Assembly (NCBI GenBank): GCA_963827685.1
Contig: CAWHBU010000002.1
Location: forward strand, 192,001-256,000
Reading direction: 5' to 3'
Source: an uncultured delta proteobacterium
Lineage (GTDB): Bacteria; Desulfobacterota; BSN033; UBA1163
Length of the DNA stretch: 64,000 bases
Position numbers and translations under genes: made by a program. The notes under the pieces were generated by a model. It had not been told where the DNA came from. It was given only the letters and a program-made list of their open reading frames with translations, and did not search any database. Shown piece by piece: positions 40,343 through 49,725 of this stretch (within the stretch, counting starts at the first letter, position 1; each line of letters starts with the position of its first letter).

Positions 40343-42019
40343 TTACCCGTTTCGTTGCCGCACCAGTTGTAACAATTCTTCTTGAGAGTAGACCCGTATT
40401 TTTCCGGAGCGGATGTCCACAATTTCCATGCGGTCTGTGCAGGAGAAGCATGGATCGATGCTGCCGAGCGAGATCGTCATGTCCGCCAGTTGCTGGTCCT
40501 TGATCATCGCCGGGATGCCCTGCAGATTTTGATAGGTCGGTGCACGTACCCGCCACCGGTCAGGACGGTTGTTTTCACCTGTGACGACGAAGTGGTGCGA
40601 CTCGCCGCGCGGCGCCTCTACAGAAGAGAGCCCAATGCGGCCGGCAGGGAGTTCATCGTTGATTGGCAGCTGGATGGAACCTTCCGGCATCTTTTCCAGA
40701 CACTGGTGGATGATGCGGATGGATTCAAATACCTCCAGGACACGGACAATCAGCCGTGACCAGACATCGCAGCCGTCTTCGACTATCACATCAAAATCCA
40801 CACGGTCATAGGCAGCGTAGGGGAGATCGCGGCGGCAGTCGATGGGGACACCGGAAGCCCTGGCGAGCGGACCCACCAGGCCTGCGTCTTTGACCAGTTC
40901 TTTATCGGCGATACCCACGCCTTTGGTCCGTGCCTTAATATTCCGATCGCCTTTGACTGCGTTGGCAACCTTCACCCATTCCTTTTCCAGGGTGTCGAGC
41001 ACCCCCTGCAGTTCTTTCTTCAACTCTGTGGTGATATCCCAGCGCACACCGCCGACGACACAGAGTGAGTACGTTTTACGGTTGCCGGTGAGCTTTTCAG
41101 CGATCCACATGATCGGCTCACGGATCCGCCAGCTCTGCATAAAGAGCGTGTCAAAGCCAAGGATGTGTGATGCCAATCCCACCCACAGGGGATGGCTGTG
41201 CAGACGTTCGAGCTCAAGCATGATGGTGCGGATGAACTCAGCGCGGGGAGTCGGCTTGATCCCCGCGGCCTGCTCGACGGCCTGAATGTATGCCACGCTA
41301 TGTACACAGCCGCAGATTCCGCAGATCCGCTCTGCGAGCATCGGTATTTCATTGTAGGTTAGGACGGAGTCAGCCAGTTTCTCAATGCCGCGGTGCACCA
41401 TGAATCCACGGTACTCGCACCCGCGGACAATTTCTCCTTCTACGTAGAGGCGGAAGTGAGCGGGTTCATCCAGGGTGGGGTGAAAGGGGCCAAAGGGAAC
41501 GACCATGCACCCCTCCGGGACCTCGTCAAAATTGTATTCTTTGTTTTCGTCGAAATTGGATGGAACGTGGTTCCACGGTACATCCTTACGCAGGGGATGA
41601 ACTCCCTCTGGCCAGCCGTCCGGCAGAATCAGCCGCTTGGGGTTGGGACAGCCAATGGATTCAATCCCCAGAAGATCACGCATCTCCCGTTCAGCCCAAT
41701 TCGCACCAGGCACTACGTCGGAGATACATTCCACCCTGGGCTGGCTGGCTGGCACCTGGACCATGATGCTCGCCAGCACGTTCTCTCGGTCAAAAGAGAA
41801 ATCGTGCGCGACGATGAAACGGTTGGAGCGCTGCCGGTCATCTATGCCGATGCTGATGACATAGCGGGCATCAAGGTTGCGGAACACATAACGGCAGACC
41901 TCTTTAATCATCTCAGGCTGGACGTAAAGATATAATCGGTTATCTGCGGGTACATCCACGCGTTGGATGACCCCGTCAAATCGTTTCTTGATGCTGTTTA
42001 GTACATCACGTGCTGGCAT
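40343..42019 (-). CDS. Group 4 [NiFe]-hydrogenase large subunit (HycE-like NuoC+D fusion)
   Basis: ERICGICGCVH (L1) and DPCFSCTDR (L2) followed by a C-terminal extension. Confidence 0.93.
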   Translation of the reverse strand: MPARDVLNSIKKRFDGVIQRVDVPADNRLYLYVQPEMIKEVCRYVFRNLDARYVISIGIDDRQRSNRFIVAHDFSFDRENVLASIMVQVPASQPRVECISDVVPGANWAEREMRDLLGIESIGCPNPKRLILPDGWPEGVHPLRKDVPWNHVPSNFDENKEYNFDEVPEGCMVVPFGPFHPTLDEPAHFRLYVEGEIVRGCEYRGFMVHRGIEKLADSVLTYNEIPMLAERICGICGCVHSVAYIQAVEQAAGIKPTPRAEFIRTIMLELERLHSHPLWVGLASHILGFDTLFMQSWRIREPIMWIAEKLTGNRKTYSLCVVGGVRWDITTELKKELQGVLDTLEKEWVKVANAVKGDRNIKARTKGVGIADKELVKDAGLVGPLARASGVPIDCRRDLPYAAYDRVDFDVIVEDGCDVWSRLIVRVLEVFESIRIIHQCLEKMPEGSIQLPINDELPAGRIGLSSVEAPRGESHHFVVTGENNRPDRWRVRAPTYQNLQGIPAMIKDQQLADMTISLGSIDPCFSCTDRMEIVDIRSGKIRVYSQEELLQLVRQRNG

Positions 42020-42096
42020 AGTTTAACCTGCTAAATAAATTTCGTTTGTTCCCATATTGGCAATAAAAATTTTCTCATACCTTGGGGAACGAAGCA

Positions 42097-42300
42097 CCAA
42101 ATTCCAAGCACCTGCCTCCGCCGGAGCGGCTTCGCGCAGGCAGGCCAAATAACAAATAAATTCCAAAGGACCAAATTCGAAACCACAAGCGTCCTCACCC
42201 TTCCCCTCTCCCCCGAGGGGAGAGGGATGGGGTGAGGGGTGGTCATTGGAACTTGAAATTTGGAGCTTATTTGGAATTTGGGATTTGTCATTTGGAATTT
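42097..42300. repeat. Composite intergenic repeat: heptamer-repeat arms, 34-bp CCTGC...GCAGG insert (42111-42144) and REP-like palindrome (42193-42240)
   Basis: Three repeat families nested between hydrogenase genes. Confidence 0.7.
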
Positions 42301-42341
42301 TTCCTTCTAATCCTCTTTTGTTTGTCGGCAAAGCCGAGAAT

Positions 42342-44276
42342 CTATTCTTTCGTCTCCGTTTTTATTGTTTCTTTATGGGGGTGACGCGGCATTCCACCGA
42401 CCCAGTGAAAGTAACGCTTCACTTCGGTGTAGAGGTTATGGGCACCATAGCGGTATGCGTCCGCGTCACGGACGTAACCACAGAGCCAGATGTCCGCTGT
42501 GCGTCTCTCTGCCGCCCCCAGCCGGGAGATGAGTCGGGCGATCAGGAGCATGAGCAGCAGAACGGCTCCAACTGTCAGGGGTGCCAGGATGGCAGCGTTG
42601 CTGCCCGGAGGAAGCGCGATGACAAGGCCTGTCTGTGCCGGTGCGGCACTCAGCAGCTTTGCAGCGAGACCCTGGTTGCTGGCTGCCAGAGACAGGTGGA
42701 TGAGACGGTACGCCAGTCCCGGTGCGAGGCCCAGCAGGATGCAGAGCAAGGCGAGCAGGACCTGAGGGATCTGCATGGTCGGCGTGACCTCCAGGGACAT
42801 ATTCTTGGTTGCTTTCTCTTGTACCAGCTTGCTCGCGCGGGAGAGAAAACTCACACCGAAGAACTTCATGAACGATGCCAGTGTCAGGGCACTGGTGACG
42901 ATGCCGAAGATGCCGCAGAGGGCCAAATAGCCCGCATGGCGGCTGCCGAGGATTGTCGCAACGTAAATGCTCCACTTGCTCGCAAATCCATTGAACAACG
43001 GCACACCTGCGATCGAGAAGGAAGCCACCAGTGCAGTGATGGCGGTCAAGGGCATGTATTTCATCAGTCCACCCAGCCGATTTAGGTCTTGAGTTCCGGT
43101 GGCGTAGAGCATGGAGCCGGCGTTCAGAAACAAGAGGCTCTTAAAAAGGCCGTGGTTCACTGTATGGAAGAGCGCGCCGTAAAAACCGATGACAGCCAGC
43201 GCCGTCAGGCCCGCGGAGTCTTTTCCTGGAGACAACAGTGCCAGACAAGCACCGAGGCCGAGGAGGATGTAACCAATCTGTCCGATGCTGTGAAAGGCCA
43301 GCAGACGTTTGCTCTGTTCCTGCTTCAGTGCCTGCATGGTGCCGAAGAACAGAGTAATTGTACCGAGCAGGGCGAGTGCTGTACCCCACATTCCGGGGGA
43401 ATACCAGTCACTCCCGTGCGAAGGCATCAACCAGATGAAGGAACGCATCAGGCCGTAGACGCCCGTTTTAATCATGACACCGGAGAGGAGCGAGCTGACC
43501 GGCGAGGGAGCTGCAGGGTGGGCATCGGGAAGCCACATCTGGCCAAAGGGCCACATGCCTGCCTTAATTCCAAAACCGATCAGGAGCAAGAGGAGCGCGA
43601 ATGTGCCCGTTCCGGCGGGAAGGGCTGCCAGCGTGCTGGCATGTTCGCGAATCGCATCGAAGTCAAAACGCATGAGCGTCTCGCCTCCAATGGTCACTGG
43701 CGCTGTGCCGGCCAGCAAATATGATGCCAGCATGACGAGTGCGCAGGATATCTCCATCATCACCAGGTATTTATTGGCAGCGCGAACATTATCACGCTGT
43801 TTGAATTCATAGCGGATTAGCGCAAAGGAGGGCAGGGTCATGAGCTGCCAGAAGAAGCAGAAGAAGACCATGAGGTCGGTTGTGGCTACGATGCCATACA
43901 TGCCGGCGATGAAGAACTGAAAGTATGGATAGAAGCGACCGACGCCATAGTCGTGGTAGTGGGTCATGTAGCGGATGGAATAAAATGAGGAGAGAATTGC
44001 GATTGTAGCAATCAGTCCCAGAAATACCGCACTTAGGCCATCTATAGAAATTCGTAAGGCAGATCCGTACTGGGGCAGGGCATAGATCGTCACAGCCGCG
44101 GTCGAACCGTGTAGCAGGGTCATCGCAGCCCCGTACAGGACCAGGGTGCCGGAAGCAGCAGTGATCAGGAAGTTGATCCAGCCGGCCAGGACCTTATTGC
44201 GGGAGAAGAACCCGACCAGGAGGCCTCCAGCGCAGCTCATTCCAATGGCATACAGGACAGTTTCTGTTGGTGTCAT
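42342..44276 (-). CDS. Antiporter-like membrane subunit (HyfB/HycC/NuoL-MrpA-like)
   Basis: GFGIKAG..P...WLPDAHPAAPSPVSSLLSGVMIKTG, KRLLAFHSIGQIG, NHGLFKSLLFLNAG. Confidence 0.92.
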   Translation of the reverse strand: MTPTETVLYAIGMSCAGGLLVGFFSRNKVLAGWINFLITAASGTLVLYGAAMTLLHGSTAAVTIYALPQYGSALRISIDGLSAVFLGLIATIAILSSFYSIRYMTHYHDYGVGRFYPYFQFFIAGMYGIVATTDLMVFFCFFWQLMTLPSFALIRYEFKQRDNVRAANKYLVMMEISCALVMLASYLLAGTAPVTIGGETLMRFDFDAIREHASTLAALPAGTGTFALLLLLIGFGIKAGMWPFGQMWLPDAHPAAPSPVSSLLSGVMIKTGVYGLMRSFIWLMPSHGSDWYSPGMWGTALALLGTITLFFGTMQALKQEQSKRLLAFHSIGQIGYILLGLGACLALLSPGKDSAGLTALAVIGFYGALFHTVNHGLFKSLLFLNAGSMLYATGTQDLNRLGGLMKYMPLTAITALVASFSIAGVPLFNGFASKWSIYVATILGSRHAGYLALCGIFGIVTSALTLASFMKFFGVSFLSRASKLVQEKATKNMSLEVTPTMQIPQVLLALLCILLGLAPGLAYRLIHLSLAASNQGLAAKLLSAAPAQTGLVIALPPGSNAAILAPLTVGAVLLLMLLIARLISRLGAAERRTADIWLCGYVRDADAYRYGAHNLYTEVKRYFHWVGGMPRHPHKETIKTETKE

Positions 44277-44794
44277 GAGACCCTACACTCCACTTCAGCC
44301 GGTATCCCCTGATGATGATTGAGGGTGTCCGGAAGGAGCTCTTTCAAGATTTCTACGGCTGTTTCCACAGGTTTACTTAGACCGGTGCCTTGCCGTAAGG
44401 TCGCTGGCTGAATGCCCAGGAGCCAGACTCGGGTGGGACCTTCCGCTTCGATCAACCGTGCCAGCATGCCGAGTGCAACCTTGTGAGTGGATATCTGGGG
44501 AAAACGGTTCTTTAGCTCACCCGAATCGAGGAATACCACCGAACCAGGTTCAGCACCGATGTTCACGGCATCCAAGAATACCACGTTGTCAAATTCTCCA
44601 TGAGCCAGGGTCGCAATGTGGTTCTCAGGCACCATGTGTGTGATCAAGACATCAGTCAGCCCAGCACCAGCCAATGCCTCTGCCAGACGCACGCCAAACC
44701 CATCATCGCCGAGGTCCACATTCCCGATGCCGACGAGTGCTGTTCGGCCGGTCAACGTTTCGCAAAGTGTCGTATGTAAGTCCTTATGGTTCAG
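44273..44794 (-). CDS. Hydrogenase maturation protease (HycI-like); start uncertain
   Basis: VGIGNVDLGDDGFG, VPEN, FLDAV, STHK, LLGIQP. Confidence 0.85.
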   Translation of the reverse strand: MNHKDLHTTLCETLTGRTALVGIGNVDLGDDGFGVRLAEALAGAGLTDVLITHMVPENHIATLAHGEFDNVVFLDAVNIGAEPGSVVFLDSGELKNRFPQISTHKVALGMLARLIEAEGPTRVWLLGIQPATLRQGTGLSKPVETAVEILKELLPDTLNHHQGIPAEVECRVS

Positions 44795-45636
44795 ATTTCT
44801 TCTCCGAGCTTCCGGATTTGCTCCAGCGTGAATACAGGCCCATCCGTGCACACATAGGCGAGACCGATACAGCAGTGACCGCACTTGCCCACGCCGCACT
44901 TCATATACCTTTCGAGGGTTGAAACCATGTTTCTGTCGTCATACCCCATGCCCTTGAGGTCAGCCAGGACAAACCGGAACATAATCGGCGGTCCGCAGAT
45001 GAAGACCGTCGTATTCTCCAAGGGCATTTCCACGCCGGGCCTTTTGAAAAGTGTGCCGACTACGCCCGTATGGCCTTTCCAGCTTTGATCACCCTGGTCC
45101 ACGGTCAGGTAACACCCAAATCCTTTGTCCTGCTGCCACTCGTCAAGGTTTTCCACGTACATCAGATCCTTCGGTGTGCGCGCGCCGTAGAACACCTGAA
45201 TTTTTTCGTAATGGTTGCGGTTGTGAAGCGCGTAGATGATTACGGAACGGAGTGGAATGAGCCCAATGCCGCCTGCAACGATGATCAAGTTCCGGCTAAC
45301 GTACTCCTTCATTGGAAACCCATTGCCGTAGGGGCCCCGTACCCCGAAGCGGTCACCCGACTTCAGCTGATGCATTGCTTCGGTCACATGCCCAACCTTT
45401 CGAGTCGTAAAGAACAGCCGGTCTTCTGTCGGGCTGGGTGGGAGGGACAAGGGGATCTCCCCAACTCCAAAAATCGAAACCTGTGCAAACTGTCCAGGCA
45501 TAAACGCACGGAACGCCTTCTGATCGTCCTTGTTCTCAAAATGCCAGTAAAAGGTCTTAACGTCTTGGATTTCATCCCGCACTTCTTCCAAGACGGCTAT
45601 CTTCGGTTCATAGAGGTTCCGAGGCTGATGCGTCAT
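44791..45636 (-). CDS. FAD/NAD(P)-binding 2Fe-2S subunit (HydG/AsrB/PyrK-like)
   Basis: PGQF, RGPYGNGF, AGGIGLIPLRS, CGPPIM, ERYMKCGVGKCGHC...VCTDGPVF. Confidence 0.9.
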   Translation of the reverse strand: MTHQPRNLYEPKIAVLEEVRDEIQDVKTFYWHFENKDDQKAFRAFMPGQFAQVSIFGVGEIPLSLPPSPTEDRLFFTTRKVGHVTEAMHQLKSGDRFGVRGPYGNGFPMKEYVSRNLIIVAGGIGLIPLRSVIIYALHNRNHYEKIQVFYGARTPKDLMYVENLDEWQQDKGFGCYLTVDQGDQSWKGHTGVVGTLFKRPGVEMPLENTTVFICGPPIMFRFVLADLKGMGYDDRNMVSTLERYMKCGVGKCGHCCIGLAYVCTDGPVFTLEQIRKLGEEI

Positions 45637-45637
45637 C

Positions 45638-46714
45638 TCATTTCCTCTCTGCTGCTGCCGTTTCCCTTCGCAGGATCTCCACGACGTGTGGCATGCCGAC
45701 GTCACCGTGGCAAACGCTGACACAGCGCCCACATCCTACACAGGATGGCATCAGCTCACGTTGGATGAAGTAGTACCCAAGCTTGCGGAAGAAACGGCGA
45801 TTACGGCGATCGTGCACGGCGCGGCGCGGATTATGACCGCCTGCCATCCGGGTGAACCCACTCAGCGCACAAGCATCCCACATCCGGACCCTCTCTGTTT
45901 CATTCGGACCGATTGTGCGATCAGTCACAGTGAAGCAGGTACACGTGGGACAGACGTAACTGCAGCCACCACACTCCAAACAGCGATCACCGACCTTCTT
46001 CCATGTTTCCTCGGTAATTTCGCCCTGAGTGATGAAGCGGGTAGCGGCCGAGTACCAGCTCGTCGCCAGCTTAAAACGCTTGCGGACTTCATTAAGAATC
46101 TCGCGGCGTCGGGTTACGTGTTCCGGTTTTGCTTTGGTGAAGAAGGGCAAGGCGAACAGGGCTTCGCCGCGGGGTGACCCGGCAACCGCCATGAATTCGC
46201 CACGGTCATTGTGCATGTCCATGAGCTGGAGGTCAAAGTTCTCACGAGCAGCCGGACCGGTATCCGCACAAACACAGAAACAATCGTCATCCACGTCCAC
46301 CGTTGCATCCGAACAAACGACATTGACAAGAAAGGTGCTGTTCCTGAACTCCTCGTAGTAGTTATCTTTGAAGGTATTTCCAAGGTAGAATCGATCCAGG
46401 TGGAAAATGCCGGCCACATCGCACGAACGGATGCCAAAGACAGCCTGTTTCTTTCCTTCCTTCATCGGCTCAATGGTAGGATGTTCGCCGGTACGGATCG
46501 TAAAGAGCTTCTGGATGTGTGGAAACACGTACCGCTTGGGCGGATAGTATGGATTCGGCAAGTGGATTTGTACGGCATCGCGGTTTGCGTCGGTCACCCT
46601 GTCGAAGTAGGTGTCTCGGTCTCGCCCGTAAAATGGCGCATAGACTTCATGTTCTTTCCGGAGCTCATCGACAAGATTCAGGAGATCGTCTTTCTGTATC
46701 AGTCGTGCACGCAT
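45638..46714 (-). CDS. 4Fe-4S subunit (HydB/AsrA-like)
   Basis: FGIRSCD, CLECGGCSYVCPTCTCF, CVGCGRCVSVC. Confidence 0.9.
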   Translation of the reverse strand: MRARLIQKDDLLNLVDELRKEHEVYAPFYGRDRDTYFDRVTDANRDAVQIHLPNPYYPPKRYVFPHIQKLFTIRTGEHPTIEPMKEGKKQAVFGIRSCDVAGIFHLDRFYLGNTFKDNYYEEFRNSTFLVNVVCSDATVDVDDDCFCVCADTGPAARENFDLQLMDMHNDRGEFMAVAGSPRGEALFALPFFTKAKPEHVTRRREILNEVRKRFKLATSWYSAATRFITQGEITEETWKKVGDRCLECGGCSYVCPTCTCFTVTDRTIGPNETERVRMWDACALSGFTRMAGGHNPRRAVHDRRNRRFFRKLGYYFIQRELMPSCVGCGRCVSVCHGDVGMPHVVEILRRETAAAERK

Positions 46715-46715
46715 G

Positions 46716-48743
46716 TTATGCCTTTTCCACCTTTATATAAACGGTGCGACTACCGGCTCGGTATTCCGTGCGGGCAGGGCCGAGAATCTGCCTGGCAATA
46801 TCCTCCATGTAATAAGGCACGAAGATCGTCCCTTCCCGGATCTCATTGGTCACGCGGGCATAAGTGGCCGCAGAACCGATGTCGGAGATCAAACGGATCT
46901 TCATGCCATCACGAATATTCAGGGCTTTGGCATCTTCAGGATTCATCTCTACAAATCCGTTTGGGTAGTCAAGCAGGAGGATTCCATATTCTCGCTTCAA
47001 TGTTTCACTGTGCTGCACCATCGTATTTTGGTGCCAGTAATAAAGGGATCGACCAAAAACGAGCACGAAAGGAAATGCTGTGGTCGAGGGGCTGGCCGGA
47101 GGCGACTGGTGGATAGGGATAAAAGAGAATGGCCGCCCTGCATTCTGATCTACAACGAGATAGGGAGTGCCCAAAGGACGATCATGCGTGCACGGCCACT
47201 GCCTTCCGTAATGGCGTGCCAGGTTCTCGTAACTCGCCCCCTCATAATATGGGATGACACGTCCGATCTCCTTCATTACATCGGAGGAGCTTTCGTAGTT
47301 CCATGTCACACCTAGGCGTTTGGCAACCTCCACGACCTGACACCAAGCCGAGGTGAGACCGGACGGAGGCTCAATGGCTTTCTGAGCCAGTTGAATACGA
47401 CGCTCTGAGCTCGTGAAAGTCACTGTTTCTTCACCGTAAGCTACTGTTGGCAGGATGACGTCCGCATATTGCGCGGTAGGTGTCATGAAGAGATTTTGGA
47501 GTACGACAAATTCCATTTTTTTCAGTGCCGCACTCGCGTCACAATATGCGGTGGAGACAACAGGATTGTGGCGATCAAGCCAAAGTGCCTTTAAGTTTCC
47601 CCTGGCACCAAGCATGGTGCTGGAATCCATTCCCCACCGATCAGGGAGCGGTCTCATCCATATCTCTTCGAAATGCTTTCTTCCTTTAAGATCTCGAACA
47701 GGGACATAACCTGGTAGGGAGCTTGGAAACATTCCAACATCACAACCGCCCTGTAGATTGTTATGTTCAGCCAGTGGCATGATACCCGCCCCTGGCTTGC
47801 CGATATTTCCGGTGAGAAGGGTCAGGTTCGCCATGGAGTGGATCTGATCCCTACCGCTGGCCTCAGCACCTGTAGAATAGAGGATCATCGCCTTGGAAGC
47901 CTTCGCGTAGGTGATGGCTGCCTGTTCAATCACGTCCGGTGAAAGTCCACAAATGGATGCGGCCTGAAGGACATCGAACGACTCGATGTTTTTCAAAAAT
48001 AATTCAAAGGCATTGCATCGCTGACGTACAAACTCCAGGTTCATCAGTCCGCGGTCGACAATCACCTTGGCCAATGCACCATAAAGAAAAACCTCTGTTC
48101 CCGGTATGGTCTGTAAAAGGTAATCGGCATGCTCTGCGACGGGATGTCGACGAGGACCGATGCAGATGAGCTTTGCCCCGGCCAGTTTTGCACGAATCAC
48201 CCATCCGCCAATTGTGGGCAACTGACGTCCCAGATCAATCTGGCTGACGATGATGACATCGCTCTCCATCAGCTCGGCGATCGAATTGGTTGCCGCTGGT
48301 ACCCCTATCGTATCACGCAAGGCCCTGATGCTGTTGGAGTGGTAAAACGTGGTTCCCTGATCTACATTGTTCGTACCAATCACGGCACGGGCGAATTTCT
48401 GGAGGATGTAACCATCCTCATTGCCACAGTGGGAAGAATTTAAAAAGCCGATGGCATCCGGTCCGTATTGCGATTTGATCTCTGTGAGTCGTTTGGCAAC
48501 GAAATCATAGGCCTCACTCCAGGACACAGGTTGAAACGTATTGTCTTTCTTAATAAGAGGTTGTTTCAGGCGGTCAGAAGCGCTTGCGACTTCATGGGCG
48601 TGCCACCCGCGGATGCAGATGCGCCCACGGTTCGCAGGGTGTGACATGCTTGGGTAGGTGCCGATGATTTTATTACCTGATGTTTCCAGGTAGATCCCGC
48701 AGCCAACACCACAGAAGGTACACGTTGTCAGTGTGTGCGACAT
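46716..48743 (-). CDS. FdhF-like molybdopterin-family subunit lacking catalytic Cys/Sec
   Basis: TCTFCGVGCG...ICIRG, QKFARAVIGTNNVDQGTTFYH, AEHNNLQG, TFTSSERRIQ. Confidence 0.85.
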   Translation of the reverse strand: MSHTLTTCTFCGVGCGIYLETSGNKIIGTYPSMSHPANRGRICIRGWHAHEVASASDRLKQPLIKKDNTFQPVSWSEAYDFVAKRLTEIKSQYGPDAIGFLNSSHCGNEDGYILQKFARAVIGTNNVDQGTTFYHSNSIRALRDTIGVPAATNSIAELMESDVIIVSQIDLGRQLPTIGGWVIRAKLAGAKLICIGPRRHPVAEHADYLLQTIPGTEVFLYGALAKVIVDRGLMNLEFVRQRCNAFELFLKNIESFDVLQAASICGLSPDVIEQAAITYAKASKAMILYSTGAEASGRDQIHSMANLTLLTGNIGKPGAGIMPLAEHNNLQGGCDVGMFPSSLPGYVPVRDLKGRKHFEEIWMRPLPDRWGMDSSTMLGARGNLKALWLDRHNPVVSTAYCDASAALKKMEFVVLQNLFMTPTAQYADVILPTVAYGEETVTFTSSERRIQLAQKAIEPPSGLTSAWCQVVEVAKRLGVTWNYESSSDVMKEIGRVIPYYEGASYENLARHYGRQWPCTHDRPLGTPYLVVDQNAGRPFSFIPIHQSPPASPSTTAFPFVLVFGRSLYYWHQNTMVQHSETLKREYGILLLDYPNGFVEMNPEDAKALNIRDGMKIRLISDIGSAATYARVTNEIREGTIFVPYYMEDIARQILGPARTEYRAGSRTVYIKVEKA

Positions 48744-49137
48744 ATTCCCTGCTCGAAAATTAATTCCTACACAACTTGTTAATAACGATAGATTGTGTTC
48801 ACGCTAACGCTTACTGATCTTAGACGCTGTACAATTTTTCACATATTTTAAAAGATGAGAATACCTTTGTCAAGCTTTTTTAGAGAAAATTTCTTTAGAT
48901 AGCTTCCAAATTAACTAATAACTAATATAATATATTGAAATTATTGTATTTTTGGTATGATTTTGAATTCACATTTTTAGAAAAAATTGTGACCTTTTTG
49001 GATCAGAAGAGAAAGAGTCGGTTGGAATAACAAGCTTCAAGGGGGAGAGAGGTCGAGGATTCAGGCGAGAAGTTTGATTTCGAGATCCTAAGGGCTAACA
49101 AACCCAGGCCTTCATCTTATGATAGTCGAATGATAAG

Positions 49138-49566
49138 CTATTTTTTCATTTTTTTAACGCGGTCGATTTCAGCCTTTATATGGTCCACAAGGCTTTCGCC
49201 TCTTAACAAGTTTTTAAGTTCCTCCTGAAGGTTGGAAGGGCTGATCTTACATATCCATCCCTTTTCATAGGGGCTCTCATTGATCAGCTCAGGGTTTTCC
49301 TCAAGGTCCTGGTTAGCCGATTGCACTTTTCCAGAGACCGCAGCATAGATCCTTCCCACCCACTTGCCAGACTCCATGGAGCCACAAGGCTTTCCCTGTT
49401 CGACCTCCTTGTTCACAGAAGGCATTTCGACGTAAACGATCTGTCCTGCCAATTTTTGAGCAAAATCATTTGTACCCATGACGACAGTATCCCCTTCAAC
49501 TCTGGCCCAAAAATGCTCTTTATGGTAGTATAAATTATCCGGGAAAAGGTATCCTTCGATTTCCAT
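49138..49566 (-). CDS. GcvH-like lipoyl-carrier protein
   Basis: YYHKEHFW, GSMESGKWVG lipoyl-Lys motif, LINESPYEKGW; start MEIEG behind AAGGAG. Confidence 0.85.
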   Translation of the reverse strand: MEIEGYLFPDNLYYHKEHFWARVEGDTVVMGTNDFAQKLAGQIVYVEMPSVNKEVEQGKPCGSMESGKWVGRIYAAVSGKVQSANQDLEENPELINESPYEKGWICKISPSNLQEELKNLLRGESLVDHIKAEIDRVKKMKK

Positions 49567-49725
49567 TCTACCATCTCCTTTCTGATTTATTATGCTATGT
49601 ACTATAAAACCGATCGAATAACAAGTCATTTTAGGAAGCTTTTTCTTGACACAGTTCTTGAATTGGTGATAATAGATGTAGCAAAAAGCACACAAACAGC
49701 CTCGATTTGAAAGGAGGAGATTCCT

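Noticed and set aside
42023-42331. 102-aa and 86-aa ORFs inside the hydrogenase operon
   Set aside because: Translations of nested intergenic repeats
42246-47315. Long plus-strand ORFs (279, 211, 216, 301, 200 aa)
   Set aside because: Antisense shadows of GC-rich hydrogenase-operon genes
48330-48370. Selenocysteine codon in the FdhF-like gene
   Set aside because: The codon at the ligand position is TAC (Tyr); no in-frame TGA
48828-48843. Rex/CRP-like site tgtac-N6-tcaca upstream of the hydrogenase operon
   Set aside because: Half-site mismatch in an AT-rich region; not distinguishable from chance
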